From: Candidatus Binatia bacterium
GTDB lineage: Bacteria; Desulfobacterota; Binatia; Bin18
Direction of reading: 5' to 3'
DNA length: 64,000 nt
Assembly: GCA_963666315.2 (NCBI GenBank)
Contig: CAXXHG010000043.1
Coordinates: 416,001-480,000 of the forward strand
This document shows positions 1 to 9,034 of this stretch, one piece after another. The notes beneath the pieces are model-generated. The model made no database searches. It saw nothing but the letters and a program-made list of their open reading frames with translations, and was not told the origin of the DNA. Within the stretch, counting starts at the first letter, position 1. Each line of letters begins with the position of its first letter. Position numbers and translations under genes: made by a program.

Positions 1-1
1 C

Positions 2-838
2 CAGGCTTGGGAGGTCCTCCGAACAGGACCGATCTTTATCGGTCTGTGGCCAGAGCAGGCGAACGTCTCGTTTCTGTTAGGTGCGCAACGGCTGGCGATC
101 CGCCTGAAGGTATATAAACTTGTTCTCCTCGATCGGCAGGGTGGCTTGACCTCTGCTGGCGGCCCGACGTCTTTCCTAAACGGCCCGACTTTGAAGGTTC
201 TGCAATCCAAAATTGAGAACATTGATGGATCCGTGGAACGTCGCTTTCAGCTCGAAACTGCATGGCGGGCGCTTGAAGGAGGAGTCTCCTCTGTTTCGCT
301 CTGTGCTCCGTCTCACTTAGCGCGAGAGCTTTTCACCTACGAAGGCTGTGGCACCCTATTGACCTTGGCAGATTATTGCCGGGTGGAACGACTCGCCCTT
401 GATGATTTCTACGAGGTCGAAAGACTCATGCAGCGTGGCGAGCGAGAGGGGTATCTGAAGAGCCGAACCCCGTACGAAGTGAGTCTCCTGCTTTTGCATG
501 GTTACGGCGCCAGGCTGGGTAAGGAGAGAGATTTAGTCGGTTTTTGTGCCCTGCTGCCCTACCGAGCTGAAAATGCAGGAGAAATTGCAGGTTTATATAC
601 ATTGACTCGGTTTCATGGAGAAGGGATCGGAAGTCGCCTTGTCATGACCGCGATTACCGAAGGATGGGAGCGTCATTTTGCCTATCTCTTTGCGTGTACG
701 AATCAGGCGGGGGCGCAACGGCTATTTGAACGGTTCGACTTTGACCAAGTCGGTCCAGACGAAATTCCTGCAGAAAAATGGGAAGGATATGCTGAAGGGC
801 GCCGGCGGAATGTTACAGTGTATAAACGTGAACTGTAG
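2..838 (+). CDS. argA: N-acetylglutamate synthase-like protein (AAK domain end + GNAT domain), 5' truncated by window edge
   Basis: Frame is open from base 2. LAIRLKVYKLVLL and LARELFTYEGCGT resemble ArgA AAK-domain motifs; C-terminal GNAT with GEIAGLY..FHGEGIG acetyl-CoA loop. Confidence 0.65.
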   Translation, partial: QAWEVLRTGPIFIGLWPEQANVSFLLGAQRLAIRLKVYKLVLLDRQGGLTSAGGPTSFLNGPTLKVLQSKIENIDGSVERRFQLETAWRALEGGVSSVSLCAPSHLARELFTYEGCGTLLTLADYCRVERLALDDFYEVERLMQRGEREGYLKSRTPYEVSLLLLHGYGARLGKERDLVGFCALLPYRAENAGEIAGLYTLTRFHGEGIGSRLVMTAITEGWERHFAYLFACTNQAGAQRLFERFDFDQVGPDEIPAEKWEGYAEGRRRNVTVYKREL

Positions 839-893
839 TCCTTGAAGGAATAGTATTTCTGATGAGAAAAGAAGCACACGGAGGTCTTTGTCT

Positions 894-1435
894 CGAATTT
901 TCTCTTGACTTCCCTAAGACGTTGAAATGTGGTTCTGACTGTCCCTATTATACATGGGATTCTGTATTTCGTCAGAAGTTCTAGCCAATTGATCTATCTT
1001 CCTATTTCTTTTGGACCACGTATACGAAAGTGGCGCTGTCAGGAAAGCCAAGCCTTTTCTTCTTTCTCTGAATACATAAGGGTGAAGGAGAGTCTGCACC
1101 CCTTCGTGCTTTGATGCCGCTCATAATGAAGGGGGCAGAGGCAGTCTATGGAAAAAAAATAAAAACAAAAAGATGTTGGTTGTTCCGCGCACCCCCAAGA
1201 AGGCGTCTGCGAAGACTACTGTCACGCCTGTCCAAGCGGCCTCCTCCGCTTCTCAAGGGGTCGCTCCGACAGGAGAGATCGACGGTGTCATGACCATTCT
1301 CGAGGAAATGGACATTGAGACGGTCGACGTTCTTGAAGAAGAGAGCAGCGTCAACATTGAGGAAGAGGGCGCCGCTACCGTTGGGGCTTCAAAACGGGGA
1401 GAAGGAAACTGGGGAGAGGAAGTTGTCGCGACTGT
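894..1435 (+). repeat. Copy 1 of ~520-540 bp direct duplication of rpoD promoter/5' region
   Basis: Near-identical to 1488-2000, differing by small indels including a 17-nt extra segment at 916-932. Confidence 0.95.
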
Positions 1436-1487
1436 GTAGATTATCAGGGGCGAGGGAAAGAATTTACATTTCAAACTGAGACACTAC

Positions 1488-2000
1488 CGAATTTTCTCTT
1501 GACTTCCCTTTCTGACTGTCCCTATTATACATGGGATTCTGTATTTCGTCAGAAGTTCTAGCCAATTGATCTATCTTCCTATTTCTTTTGGACCACGTAT
1601 ACGAAAGTGGCGCTGTCAGGAAAGCCAAGCCTTTTCTTCTTTCTCTGAATACATAAGGGTGAAGGAGAGTCTGCACCCCTTCGTGCTTTGATGCCGCTCA
1701 TAATGAAGGGGGCAGAGGCCTATGGAAAAAAAAATAAAAACAAAAAGATGTTGGTTGTTCCGCGAGAAGGCGTCTGCGAAGACTACTGTCACGCCTGTCC
1801 AAGCGGCCTCCTCCGCTTCTCAAGGGGTCGCTCCGACAGGAGAGATCGACGGTGTCATGACCATTCTCGAGGAAATGGACATTGAGACGGTCGACGTTCT
1901 TGAAGAAGAAGAGCGTCAACATTGAGGAAGAGGGCGCCGCTACCGTTGGGGCTTCAAAACGGGGAGAAGGAAACTGGGGAGAGGAAGTTGTCGCGACTGT
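1488..2000 (+). repeat. Copy 2 of rpoD promoter/5' duplication (continues into rpoD body)
   Basis: Direct comparison with 894-1435. Confidence 0.95.
1499..1528 (+). promoter_or_regulatory. Putative sigma70 promoter of rpoD (TTGACT-N18-TATTAT)
   Basis: Consensus-like -35/-10 about 200 bp upstream of ATG 1722; copy 1 has TTGAAA-N18-TATTAT at 922-951. Confidence 0.35.
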
Positions 2001-3517
2001 AGAACCGGTAATTGGAGTGACCCTGTCCGTATGTATCTCCAAGAGATGGGAAATATCCCTCTCCTGAGTCGCGAAGAAGAGGTGACGGTTGCCAAAGAGA
2101 TCGAGGCAGGAGAAAAGCACATTCGCCAAGAGATATTCTCAGCACCTTTAGCGCTCCAATATATCTTGTCGCTCGGCGAGCGCCTTAAGCGGGACGAAAA
2201 CGAAGCACGGTTTATTTTCGGTGATGAAGGGGAAGGTGATGAAGAGGAGGGTGCTGAGGCAACGAGAAAAGAAGATCCACGCATTGAGCTTTTCTTGAGC
2301 CGCATGGGTCCCCTGAAACGGCTTGCTGGAGAACGGGAGAAGGCCGAGAAACTCTCCCTCAAGCGCAGCCCGGTGAAAGAACGAGAGAAGGTGCTCAAGC
2401 GACTTATCGATCTACAGGGGAAAGTCAGAACATCGCTCGACGCTCTGCCTCTAGGCCGACGCCATATTACGATTGTTGTCGATAAATTGAAGGAAGTGGG
2501 CCTTCTCCTGGAAAAGCAGACCAGGACGATCAGACGCCAGGAGAGTCTGCACAATTGTCAGGCGTCCGAAATCCTCGCTCTTTCCCGTATCTACAAGAAT
2601 GGCGCCCCACGAGACGCGAAAGAAGGCAAGGAATCCAGTAAGGCGGCCCACGCACAAAAAATCCGAGAGGCAAGCCAAATCATCAAGAATACCCGAAAAG
2701 AGATCCAGCGCATTGAGGACCGACTTGGGACAAATATGGAAAAGATGCGTCGATCTCTCGCCGTCATTGCCCAAGGGGAGGCTCAAGCCCAGGAGGGGGA
2801 AACGCCGTGTTAATCGAGGCCAACCTGCGCCTTGTAGTGAGTATTGCCAAGCGCTATGTCAACCGTGGCCTTGGCTTCCTCGACTTGATCCAGGAGGGGA
2901 ATATCGGACTCATGCGCGCGGTTGAGAAGTTTGAGTATCAACGCGGATATAAGTTCTCAACGTATGCAACGTGGTGGATTCGCCAGTCTGTGAGTCGGGC
3001 GATCGCTGACCAAGCCCGGACGATCCGTATTCCGGTGCATATGATTGAGACGATCAATAAGGTGCTCCGGACCTCTCGCTATCTTGTCCAGCAGCTCGGC
3101 CGCGAACCCTCTCCAGAAGAAATTGCGGCGCAAATGGAAGTGCCGCCAGATAAGGTCCGAAAAGTCCTGAAGATAGTGAAAGAACCCGTCTCGCTGGAAA
3201 CACCCATTGGGGATGACGAAGAAAGTTCGCTCGGTGATTTTGTTGAAGACCGCCAAACGCTCTCTCCAGCCGACGCCGCCATGGCCCTCAGTTTAGAGGA
3301 GCAAACCCGCAAGGTGTTAGCCACGCTGACGCCGCGTGAGGAACAGATTCTGCGGATGCGGTTTGGGATTGATGAAAAGACGGACTACACGCTTGAAGAA
3401 GTTGGACAGCGGTTTGCGGTGACACGAGAACGTATTCGTCAGATTGAAGCAAAGGCGCTCCGGAAGCTGCGTAACCCAACACGAGCCAAGAGTTTAGAGG
3501 CTTTCATTGATGGCTAG
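1722..3517 (+). CDS. rpoD: RNA polymerase primary sigma factor RpoD, split by frameshifts (~1760, ~1910, ~2020, ~2800) that are probably sequence errors
   Basis: Region 1.1 remnant [15 protein letters not shown], region 1.2 [11 protein letters not shown], region 2 [48 protein letters not shown], region 4 [20 protein letters not shown]. Confidence 0.97.
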
Positions 3518-3551
3518 ATCATAGGAATGTCGTATGAGTATGGAGGACCGA

Positions 3552-3707
3552 GTGGATTCGAAAGATCTTGAAAGACAACTCAAAATATGGCGGGAAGGTC
3601 GCGGACAGAAGCCTGTTCAGCTACCCGTAGCAGACAAAAGGACCGTCCGGGTGAATGGTCAAAATATCGTCGTCGTGAAGCGGTCTCGTCACAGAACTCA
3701 GGGATAA
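3552..3707 (+). CDS. Small hypothetical protein (51 aa), below ORF-track cutoff
   Basis: GGAGGA RBS 4 nt before GTG 3552 (in-frame ATGs at 3534/3540); MDSKDLERQLKIWREGRGQKPVQLPVADKRTVRVNGQNIVVVKRSRHRTQG; fills the gap between rpoD and the convergent gene. Confidence 0.55.
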   Translation: MDSKDLERQLKIWREGRGQKPVQLPVADKRTVRVNGQNIVVVKRSRHRTQG

Positions 3708-3730
3708 TGCCCGCCTCGAAAGTCTTTTTC

Positions 3731-4804
3731 TTAACGAAAAAGCAGCTTTTGAACTTCCGCGCAAAACGCAGTCGTTGATGCTGTGCCCCCCTGATCAGGG
3801 GGAAGGACGCCGCCGTCCGCGTATACCCGAGTAACCGTTTCCTCAAGGCGCTGTGCCTCTTCGGGCCAGCCCAGATATTCGAGCATCATGGCCGCTGAGA
3901 GCAGTGTTGCCGTCGGGTTGATAATGTTCTGTCCGGCAATGTCCGGAGCAGAGCCGTGCACGGACTCAAAATAGGCATAGGCGTCCCCGTAGCATCCGCT
4001 CGGCCCCAGCCCCAATCCTCCGATAGTTCCGGCGGCAACGTCTGAGAGAATGTCTCCGTACAGATTCGGCATCACCACGACGTCGAATTGAGAGGGACTG
4101 GCGACCAAACGTCGTGCAAAATCATCAACAATATACCGGTCATACTGCACATCTGGATACTCATTTGCCGCAGCCTCAACAACGTCTCGGAACAAACCAT
4201 CACTCTTACGCAGCATATTATATTTACTCGTACACGTGACTAAGCCCTTCCCGCCCTGGGCTTTGCGTTTGCGGGCAAGGGCAAACGCAAAATGCGCAAT
4301 ACGCTGTGTCCCCGCCTCGGTAATCACTTTAATGGCAAACTGGCCCTTAGATCGTGTATCCAAGGGTTTTCGAGTGATGGCACTCGTTAAAGACAGCGGC
4401 GCCAGCGTATCCAGGTCTCCCTCCAGCCCCATATACAGATCTTCAAGGTTTTCTCGGACAATGACAAAGTTGATTTTCTCAGGATCTTTGAGCGGACTAC
4501 GAAACCCAGGTCGCCAATGGGCCGGGCGGACATTTGCATAGGTCTGCTTGCCCCAGCGCAGATAGCCGATGCCACCCGTTGTCCCGTTCGTAGAGCCAAA
4601 CAGCGTTGAGTCAGATTGATCAATCGCTTTACGCAGCGCCATTTCGAATTCCCTGCGGGAACCGTATTGTTTGACCCCCTCTTCGCCGGAGGGGAACTCA
4701 GTAAAGCTGATATCCAACTCCAAACTTTTCAGAATGTTGACTGTTGGGGTCATCGCCTCTGGTGCGGCATCGTCACCCGGAATAATCACAACACGCTTTG
4801 GCAT
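3731..4804 (-). CDS. Isocitrate/isopropylmalate/tartrate dehydrogenase family decarboxylating dehydrogenase
   Basis: IPGD, YANVRP, IVRENLEDLY, NLYGDILSD, FESVHGSAPDIAGQNIINP motifs. Confidence 0.92.
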   Translation of the reverse strand: MPKRVVIIPGDDAAPEAMTPTVNILKSLELDISFTEFPSGEEGVKQYGSRREFEMALRKAIDQSDSTLFGSTNGTTGGIGYLRWGKQTYANVRPAHWRPGFRSPLKDPEKINFVIVRENLEDLYMGLEGDLDTLAPLSLTSAITRKPLDTRSKGQFAIKVITEAGTQRIAHFAFALARKRKAQGGKGLVTCTSKYNMLRKSDGLFRDVVEAAANEYPDVQYDRYIVDDFARRLVASPSQFDVVVMPNLYGDILSDVAAGTIGGLGLGPSGCYGDAYAYFESVHGSAPDIAGQNIINPTATLLSAAMMLEYLGWPEEAQRLEETVTRVYADGGVLPPDQGGTASTTAFCAEVQKLLFR

Positions 4805-4892
4805 ACTTCTTTCCCCTTTTTTATATGGTGGATAAAGGCGGATCTCAGCAAGATGTATAATAACGAAGAGCCGCCCATATGGGACATAGTCC

Positions 4893-6074
4893 CTAACCCA
4901 GCCGTACGCTGTGATAGTTTTTGCCAGGAGTTATTTTCCCGAGTACAACCGGCGCGCGGGCACCTGTAGCGCTGGGAACGTTGGACGGCAGTCCATGCAA
5001 GGTCGCATAGGCCAAGACGGCGAACGCCACGGCTTCGAGAGATTGGCTATCATAGCCGGTCTCTTCGAGGAGGCGGACGCGGACCTCGGGCAGTGCTGCA
5101 GCGAATTGAGCCCGGAGAGCGGGATTCAAGGCCCCCCCGCCTGTTAAGAACACCTCGGCAAGCGGACCTCTCGGCAGGATAAAATTACGATACGCCTGCG
5201 CCATACTGATCGCGGTCAAGGCTGTGGCGGTAGCGACTTGGTCGGCTGGACTGAGTTTGAGACGTGTTGCGCGTTGACAAAAACGTCGCAGAAAAGGTTC
5301 GCCGAATTCTTCTCGGCCTGTGGATTTCGGGGGCCGTCGGGTAAAATAGGGATGACGTAACAGCTCGCCCAGGAGGCGTGTATGTATTGTTCCGGCTCGT
5401 GCCAGGCGGCCATTGCGGTCGTATAATTTTTTGCCGTCACTCACCGTGTGGACGACTCCGTCCATGAGTACATTACCCGGGCCGGTATCAAAAGCCACCA
5501 TATCTTTCGTGGCTGAGCGTGGGGGGAGGGCAGTGACATTTGCAATCCCGCCAATATTGTGGATGGCGACTGACCGGGTCGGATGTTGAAAAAGAAACGC
5601 ATGCACATAAGGAACCAGCGGTGCTCCCTCGCCACCCAGCGCGACATCTGCAGGCCGAAAGTCGGCCACTGTAGTAATGCCGGTTCGATTGGCAATAACC
5701 GCAGGCTCTCCGATTTGAAGAGTCGAACCTGGTCCGGGCCGCTGGTGTGGCCGATGATAGACCGTGTGGCCATGTGAGCCGATTGCGTCAATCTGCTCCG
5801 GCGTGACATCAGCCGCGCGACACAGTTTGAGAACGGCACGAGCAAAAAGTTCGCCTAGGAGCACGTTTACTTGTGAGACCTCGCCCGCGTTTGCGCTGGC
5901 TCCCTGGCTGAGGCGTAGGAGTCGGTCCCGGACGGCCCGCGAGTAGCGAAACGAGCGAAAAGCGTGTTGGTGGACGTGGAAGCGAGCCTTTGTACGCGCA
6001 ATATCAACAAGCACGGCATCGATGCCGTCGTGCGAAGTGCCGGACATGAGGCCGATGAGGGCGCGTTTCAGCAT
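4893..6074 (-). CDS. anmK: Anhydro-N-acetylmuramic acid kinase
   Basis: IGLMSGTSHDGID, GSHGHT, DFRPADVALGGEGAPLVP, NIGGIAN, FDTGPGN, PPKSTGRE. Confidence 0.96.
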   Translation of the reverse strand: MLKRALIGLMSGTSHDGIDAVLVDIARTKARFHVHQHAFRSFRYSRAVRDRLLRLSQGASANAGEVSQVNVLLGELFARAVLKLCRAADVTPEQIDAIGSHGHTVYHRPHQRPGPGSTLQIGEPAVIANRTGITTVADFRPADVALGGEGAPLVPYVHAFLFQHPTRSVAIHNIGGIANVTALPPRSATKDMVAFDTGPGNVLMDGVVHTVSDGKKLYDRNGRLARAGTIHTRLLGELLRHPYFTRRPPKSTGREEFGEPFLRRFCQRATRLKLSPADQVATATALTAISMAQAYRNFILPRGPLAEVFLTGGGALNPALRAQFAAALPEVRVRLLEETGYDSQSLEAVAFAVLAYATLHGLPSNVPSATGARAPVVLGKITPGKNYHSVRLG

Positions 6075-6139
6075 GAGCGAGGAATGATGCGGGAAAAGCT
6101 GGAACGAGTCAGAGAGAACGGGACAAAAACCTCAGAAAG

Positions 6140-6168
6140 ACCGGAGAGGGCTGGTACTCTTCCCCGGT
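6140..6168 (-). terminator. Hairpin downstream of SCP2 gene, possible intrinsic terminator
   Basis: ACCGGAGAGGG...CTCTTCCCCGGT imperfect stem followed on the minus strand by a T-rich tract. Confidence 0.35.
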
Positions 6169-6195
6169 GAGAGCGGGACGAGGGCCGCAGGTAGC

Positions 6196-6534
6196 TCAGT
6201 CAGTCAGATTAAACTGAAAGACGGCATCGATGCCTTTTGAGGCTTCGGGCTTAAACGCATCCGCCATGCCGTCAATGACTTCTTGTATCGTTTCTGCCGG
6301 AGTACTGCCCTCATCAGCCGGCTTAAACAGATTTTGCATCTTCAGGGCTAGTCCCATATCTCCGGCAATTTTCAGCTTACCGCTCATAAAGGCCATCTGC
6401 CCGTTGAGCTTGCCGTTGACCATGTCAAGGTAATCACTTTCCTTCATGGTCATCGTGATTTTCGGGGTGTCGTGCGTACCTGTGTGCACGTCAATGCTTT
6501 CGTTCGCAATACGGAAGTGGTATTGGGTGGCCAT
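6196..6534 (-). CDS. SCP2 sterol/lipid-binding domain protein, circularly permuted
   Basis: [27 protein letters not shown] is the SCP2 C-terminal signature; the usual N-terminal segment ([29 protein letters not shown]) lies after it. AGGAGG RBS before ATG. Confidence 0.85.
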   Translation of the reverse strand: MATQYHFRIANESIDVHTGTHDTPKITMTMKESDYLDMVNGKLNGQMAFMSGKLKIAGDMGLALKMQNLFKPADEGSTPAETIQEVIDGMADAFKPEASKGIDAVFQFNLTD

Positions 6535-6686
6535 CTTGGTCTCCTCCTCTAACTCCGGGATAAAGCTACGCTATCATAGATATTTGAGATGAGGAACTAG
6601 AGTAGAGTATTTTCTCATTGGAGTGGGCGTCAGACGTGTTGGACAATGCGATGCAGCAGCGCACAGAGAAAAGAGAGGGAGTAGGT

Positions 6687-7172
6687 ATGCAGCAGTCTAG
6701 GCGAAGAGACTGGTCGTTTGGGACTGGACTGGGGCTGTGTTTCCTCTGCTGGAGCCTGTTCAGTGGAGTGAACGCCCGAGCGCAGGAGACCCCGATTCAT
6801 GACAAACTTGCCCAAGTGGCTGAGGAGTCGACGCTTGAAATTACGACTCTCGGTCGTACGAGTGGGAAGCCGCGTACCAAACCGATTTGGTTTGTGTACG
6901 AGCAGGGATATTTATACATACAGTCGGGACAAGAAGGCAAAACCCACTGGTATCGTAATCTGCAAAAGAATGCCCAGTTGCGGCTCAAAATTGCCCATCT
7001 CGTCCTCACTGGGAAAGCAAAGTTTATTGAGGATAGGGTTGAAACGGAGAGAGTTCACATTCTGTTCAGCTCCAAATATACATTCGCCCGGTTTGCCGGG
7101 TTGGTCGGGTCGTCAATTGGCCAGGGGAAAGTGGTCGAGGTTGAGCTGTTGACCGAAGCCGAACAGGAGTAG
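6687..7172 (+). CDS. Deazaflavin(F420)-dependent nitroreductase (DDN/FDOR-A)-like protein with N-terminal signal peptide
   Basis: LEITTLGRTSGKPR and WYRNL motifs; N-terminus MQQSRRRDW-hydrophobic-ARA|QE. Confidence 0.7.
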   Translation: MQQSRRRDWSFGTGLGLCFLCWSLFSGVNARAQETPIHDKLAQVAEESTLEITTLGRTSGKPRTKPIWFVYEQGYLYIQSGQEGKTHWYRNLQKNAQLRLKIAHLVLTGKAKFIEDRVETERVHILFSSKYTFARFAGLVGSSIGQGKVVEVELLTEAEQE

Positions 7173-7183
7173 CGAGTTTTCTC

Positions 7184-7876
7184 ATGAAGGTGAACGCGAT
7201 CATTGTTGCGGCAGGAAAAGGCGAGCGCATGCAGAGTGAGCTGCCCAAGCCCTTCCTGTCTGTCGCCGGCAAACCGATTCTCGTGCATACCCTACGGCGT
7301 ATTGAGCAGGTGGCCGCAATCAGCCGTATCGTTGTTGTGGTTGCCCCTGAACGTGAAGCATTATGCCGTGAGCTGTTGCGCTCTCACGGGTCGTTTCGGA
7401 GGCCGATTGTCGTCGTGCATGGAGGCGCAGAACGGCAGGATTCGGTGCGCAAGGGCTTAGCTGGGCTTGAAACAGGCTGCGATATCGTCGTTATTCATGA
7501 CGCAGCTCGGCCGTTTATTGCGGTCAGGACCATTGAGCAGAGCATTACGGCGGCGGCTGAGTCGAGTGGTGCAATAGTTGCGATCCCGGCCCGGGATACC
7601 ATTAAACGCGTCAGCGCTCAGCATTTTATCTGTGAGACTGTTTCACGCTACGACCTCTGGCTGGCCCAAACCCCACAGACGTTTCGGGTTGCGGCCATTC
7701 GAGAAGCGCACGAAAGGGCTCTGCAATACGGCATATCGGCAACGGATGATGCCGCTCTTGTTGAGCAAATGGGGCAACGTGTTCGCATCGTTTTGGGTGA
7801 GGCTGGCAACTTTAAAATCACTACCCCGGACGATCTCGTTGTGGCTGAGGCACTCCTGCAAAGCAAGCCGGGCTAG
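7184..7876 (+). CDS. ispD: 2-C-methyl-D-erythritol 4-phosphate cytidylyltransferase
   Basis: AAGKGERM, PKPFL, GGAERQDSV, IHDAARP, QTPQTF, TDDA, NFKITTPDDL. Confidence 0.97.
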   Translation: MKVNAIIVAAGKGERMQSELPKPFLSVAGKPILVHTLRRIEQVAAISRIVVVVAPEREALCRELLRSHGSFRRPIVVVHGGAERQDSVRKGLAGLETGCDIVVIHDAARPFIAVRTIEQSITAAAESSGAIVAIPARDTIKRVSAQHFICETVSRYDLWLAQTPQTFRVAAIREAHERALQYGISATDDAALVEQMGQRVRIVLGEAGNFKITTPDDLVVAEALLQSKPG

Positions 7877-9018
7877 AGGCGCTCAAAATGTCGCGGAACC
7901 TGAGCCCCTTCGAGTCGGAGCCAGGCCGGTGGCTTCAAACCTTCAGCGCCTACCTCCTGTGTCTCATTGACCTTGATCTTGAGGCGGAGATTATTGACAC
8001 TGTCTGCATTACTCAGTGCTTGGTCAAGACCAATTAAGCCGTTGCTGTAGAGGTCGAAAAGGGCCATATCAAACGTCTGACAGCCCTCTAGTTCGGCTTG
8101 CGCCATCGCCTCTTTCAGCGTATCGACTTCACGCCGTTTGATCAGCGCTTTGATACGCGGTGTATCAAGCAGAATCTCTAACGCAGGGACACGCCGGTTG
8201 TCGGTTCCCAGGACTAAGCGCTGTGAGATGATGGCCCGAAGGTTGAGGGAAAGCTGGAGAAAGATCTGGGCATGTTGGGATTCCGGAAAAAAATTGATGA
8301 TGCGATCAAAGGATTGGTTCGCGTTCGTCGAGTGCAGCGTCGCAAGGCATAAGTGACCGGTGTCCGCAAAGGTGACGGCGGCTTCCATCGTGTCCCGATC
8401 CCGGATTTCGCCGATCAGAATGACGTCTGGAGCCTGACGCATCGCGCTCTTGAGCGCGGCCTGAAACGAGTGGGTATCTGACGTGACCTCTCTTTGGTTC
8501 ACAATCGACTTCTTATGGCGGTGAACAAACTCAACCGGGTCTTCAATCGTAATGATATGGCCCGAGGTAGTGCTGTTCCGATGGTCTATCATAGCTGCCA
8601 ATGAGGTTGACTTTCCTGAACCTGTTGCACCAACGACTAAGATGAGACCACGCTTGGCCAGCATGATATCTTTGAGAATGGAGGACAGTCCTAGATCGTC
8701 CAATGTTGCGATGTCAAAGTTGATTTTACGCACCACCATGCCGACCAAGCCGCGCTGTCGAAACACATTCACCCGGAAACGACTGAACTCGCTGTAAGAG
8801 AGCGCAAGATTCATTTCCCATTGTTCAGTAAATTCCTGCCACTGCTGGTCATTCATAGTTGAGCGGGCAAGGACCTCCATATCGGACGGAGTGAGCATCT
8901 CTCCTCCGAGGGATTGGGTGCTACCCTCGATCCGGTACATGGGCGAAGTCCCGACAGTCAGATAAATGTCTGACGCGTTGTGACTCACCATAGTCTCAAG
9001 GAGGGGTTTTATATCCAT
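7873..9018 (-). CDS. pilU: Type IV pilus retraction ATPase PilU
   Basis: GATGSGKSTS, TIEDPVE, AMRQAPDVILIGEIRD, TLHSTNANQ, RIINFFP; directly downstream of pilT. Confidence 0.93.
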   Translation of the reverse strand: MDIKPLLETMVSHNASDIYLTVGTSPMYRIEGSTQSLGGEMLTPSDMEVLARSTMNDQQWQEFTEQWEMNLALSYSEFSRFRVNVFRQRGLVGMVVRKINFDIATLDDLGLSSILKDIMLAKRGLILVVGATGSGKSTSLAAMIDHRNSTTSGHIITIEDPVEFVHRHKKSIVNQREVTSDTHSFQAALKSAMRQAPDVILIGEIRDRDTMEAAVTFADTGHLCLATLHSTNANQSFDRIINFFPESQHAQIFLQLSLNLRAIISQRLVLGTDNRRVPALEILLDTPRIKALIKRREVDTLKEAMAQAELEGCQTFDMALFDLYSNGLIGLDQALSNADSVNNLRLKIKVNETQEVGAEGLKPPAWLRLEGAQVPRHFERL

Positions 9019-9034
9019 GTGCTGCTCCGTTTCT

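Noticed and set aside
894-2000. Long direct repeats as ends of a mobile element or att sites
   Set aside because: The repeated unit is rpoD's own promoter/5' end, the spacer is only ~52 bp, and no transposase or integrase is present.
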